DNA of 64,000 nucleotides from Candidatus Iainarchaeum sp. (lineage in GTDB: Archaea; Iainarchaeota; Iainarchaeia; Iainarchaeales; JACQJH01). Within the stretch, counting starts at the first letter, position 1. Each line of letters opens with the position of its first letter. The stretch spans positions 489,696 to 553,695 of the forward strand of contig JACQJH010000002.1 in assembly GCA_016205145.1 (NCBI GenBank), in the 5' to 3' direction. Shown here piece by piece: positions 63,420 through 64,000 of this stretch. A program made the translations under genes and the position numbers. Under the pieces are notes generated by a model. The model saw only the letters and a list, made by a program, of their open reading frames with translations. It had not been told where the DNA came from and did not search any database.

Positions 63420-64000
63420 TCAAGACCTCGGCTGGCTGATTGCAATGTACGCTATGAGAGTTGCAAGCACTATCGGCATTATGACAAGATAAATGACCGC
63501 GATGTTCTCCGGCGCGAGCGGCAGAACCGAGAAAATGCTGCTGCCGCTGCCGATCTGCAAAGGCGTGTTCCTGACTCCGCCGAGAATTGCGATGAAAACC
63601 GGCAGGACAATGGCGATGAAAATGAATATGACCCCGAAAAAGTTGAGCGCTTCCGCAAAGGCCTGGATTCTCGCCCTCAATTCGAACGAAACGTCTTCCG
63701 CGATTGTTTCCATGACATCGGAAAGGTTGCCCCCGGTCTTCAGCGCCCTGATTATGTGCAGCAGGGCACTCCTCAACGCAACGGACTGCGTGCGCAAGGC
63801 GAGGTTCCGCAACGCATCCTTGGTGTCGGTGCCCTCCTCTATCTGCGTGACAACCCACGAGAATTCCTCGGACAAAGCGCCGTAACCTGCGGTTGCAATC
63901 GCCTGGATTGTGCGGTAAAGGCTTATCCCGGCTTTAAGCTCGGTCGCCATGTGCCTCAAAGCGAAAGGCATTTCCCTTGTCACCGCCTCGCCGCGCATCT
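63420..64000 (-). CDS. second T2SS-F domain membrane protein (TadB-like), 5' end beyond window
   Basis: ORF open to the window edge. Contains ...LRHMATELKAGISLYRTIQAIA...LRSALLHIIRALKTGGNLSDVMETIAE..., typical of T2SS-F. Confidence 0.6.
   Translation of the reverse strand, partial: MRGEAVTREMPFALRHMATELKAGISLYRTIQAIATAGYGALSEEFSWVVTQIEEGTDTKDALRNLALRTQSVALRSALLHIIRALKTGGNLSDVMETIAEDVSFELRARIQAFAEALNFFGVIFIFIAIVLPVFIAILGGVRNTPLQIGSGSSIFSVLPLAPENIAVIYLVIMPIVLATLIAYIAISQPRS

Noticed and set aside
1-64000. CRISPR arrays, rRNA genes and canonical tRNA genes
   Set aside because: I scanned for regularly spaced direct repeats of 25-40 bp, rRNA universal motifs, and GTTCGAATC/GGTTCAAATCC-type T-loops in a cloverleaf context, and found none.

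Overview
This 64 kb window looks like an archaeal chromosomal segment of roughly 55% GC, densely packed with genes on both strands. It is unusually rich in DNA-replication and repair genes: Gins15, PriS and PriL in a row, two divergent PCNA paralogs, both RFC subunits, Orc1/Cdc6, an Nre-like protein, endonuclease IV, a type IA topoisomerase and Cdc48. Information-processing genes include aIF2-alpha, RpoL, Csl4, PheS/PheT, ThrRS, RNase Z and LonB. A bacterial-type pantothenate/CoA cluster (Fumble-like PanK, M17 aminopeptidase, PanC, PanB) sits between the two PCNA genes. There are two separate type IV pilin-like loci: one has six pilin-like genes next to an ArsR-family membrane regulator and an M50 protease, and the other is a Tad-like locus with an A24 prepilin peptidase, T2SS-F membrane proteins and tandem triplicate ultra-short pilins. 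An AT-rich type II restriction-modification island is present, along with VapBC/PIN toxin-antitoxin genes. A large protein combines a histone H1-like basic (Ala/Lys/Pro/Arg-rich) N-terminal region with a coiled-coil. The most distinctive observation is a previously unclassified family of hairpin-bearing interspersed repeats, at least 7 copies of 80-220 bp, filling most of the larger intergenic gaps and showing compensatory base-pair changes in their stems. No rRNA, convincing tRNA or CRISPR array was found. Coordinates of non-ORF elements are approximate (about +/-3 nt).
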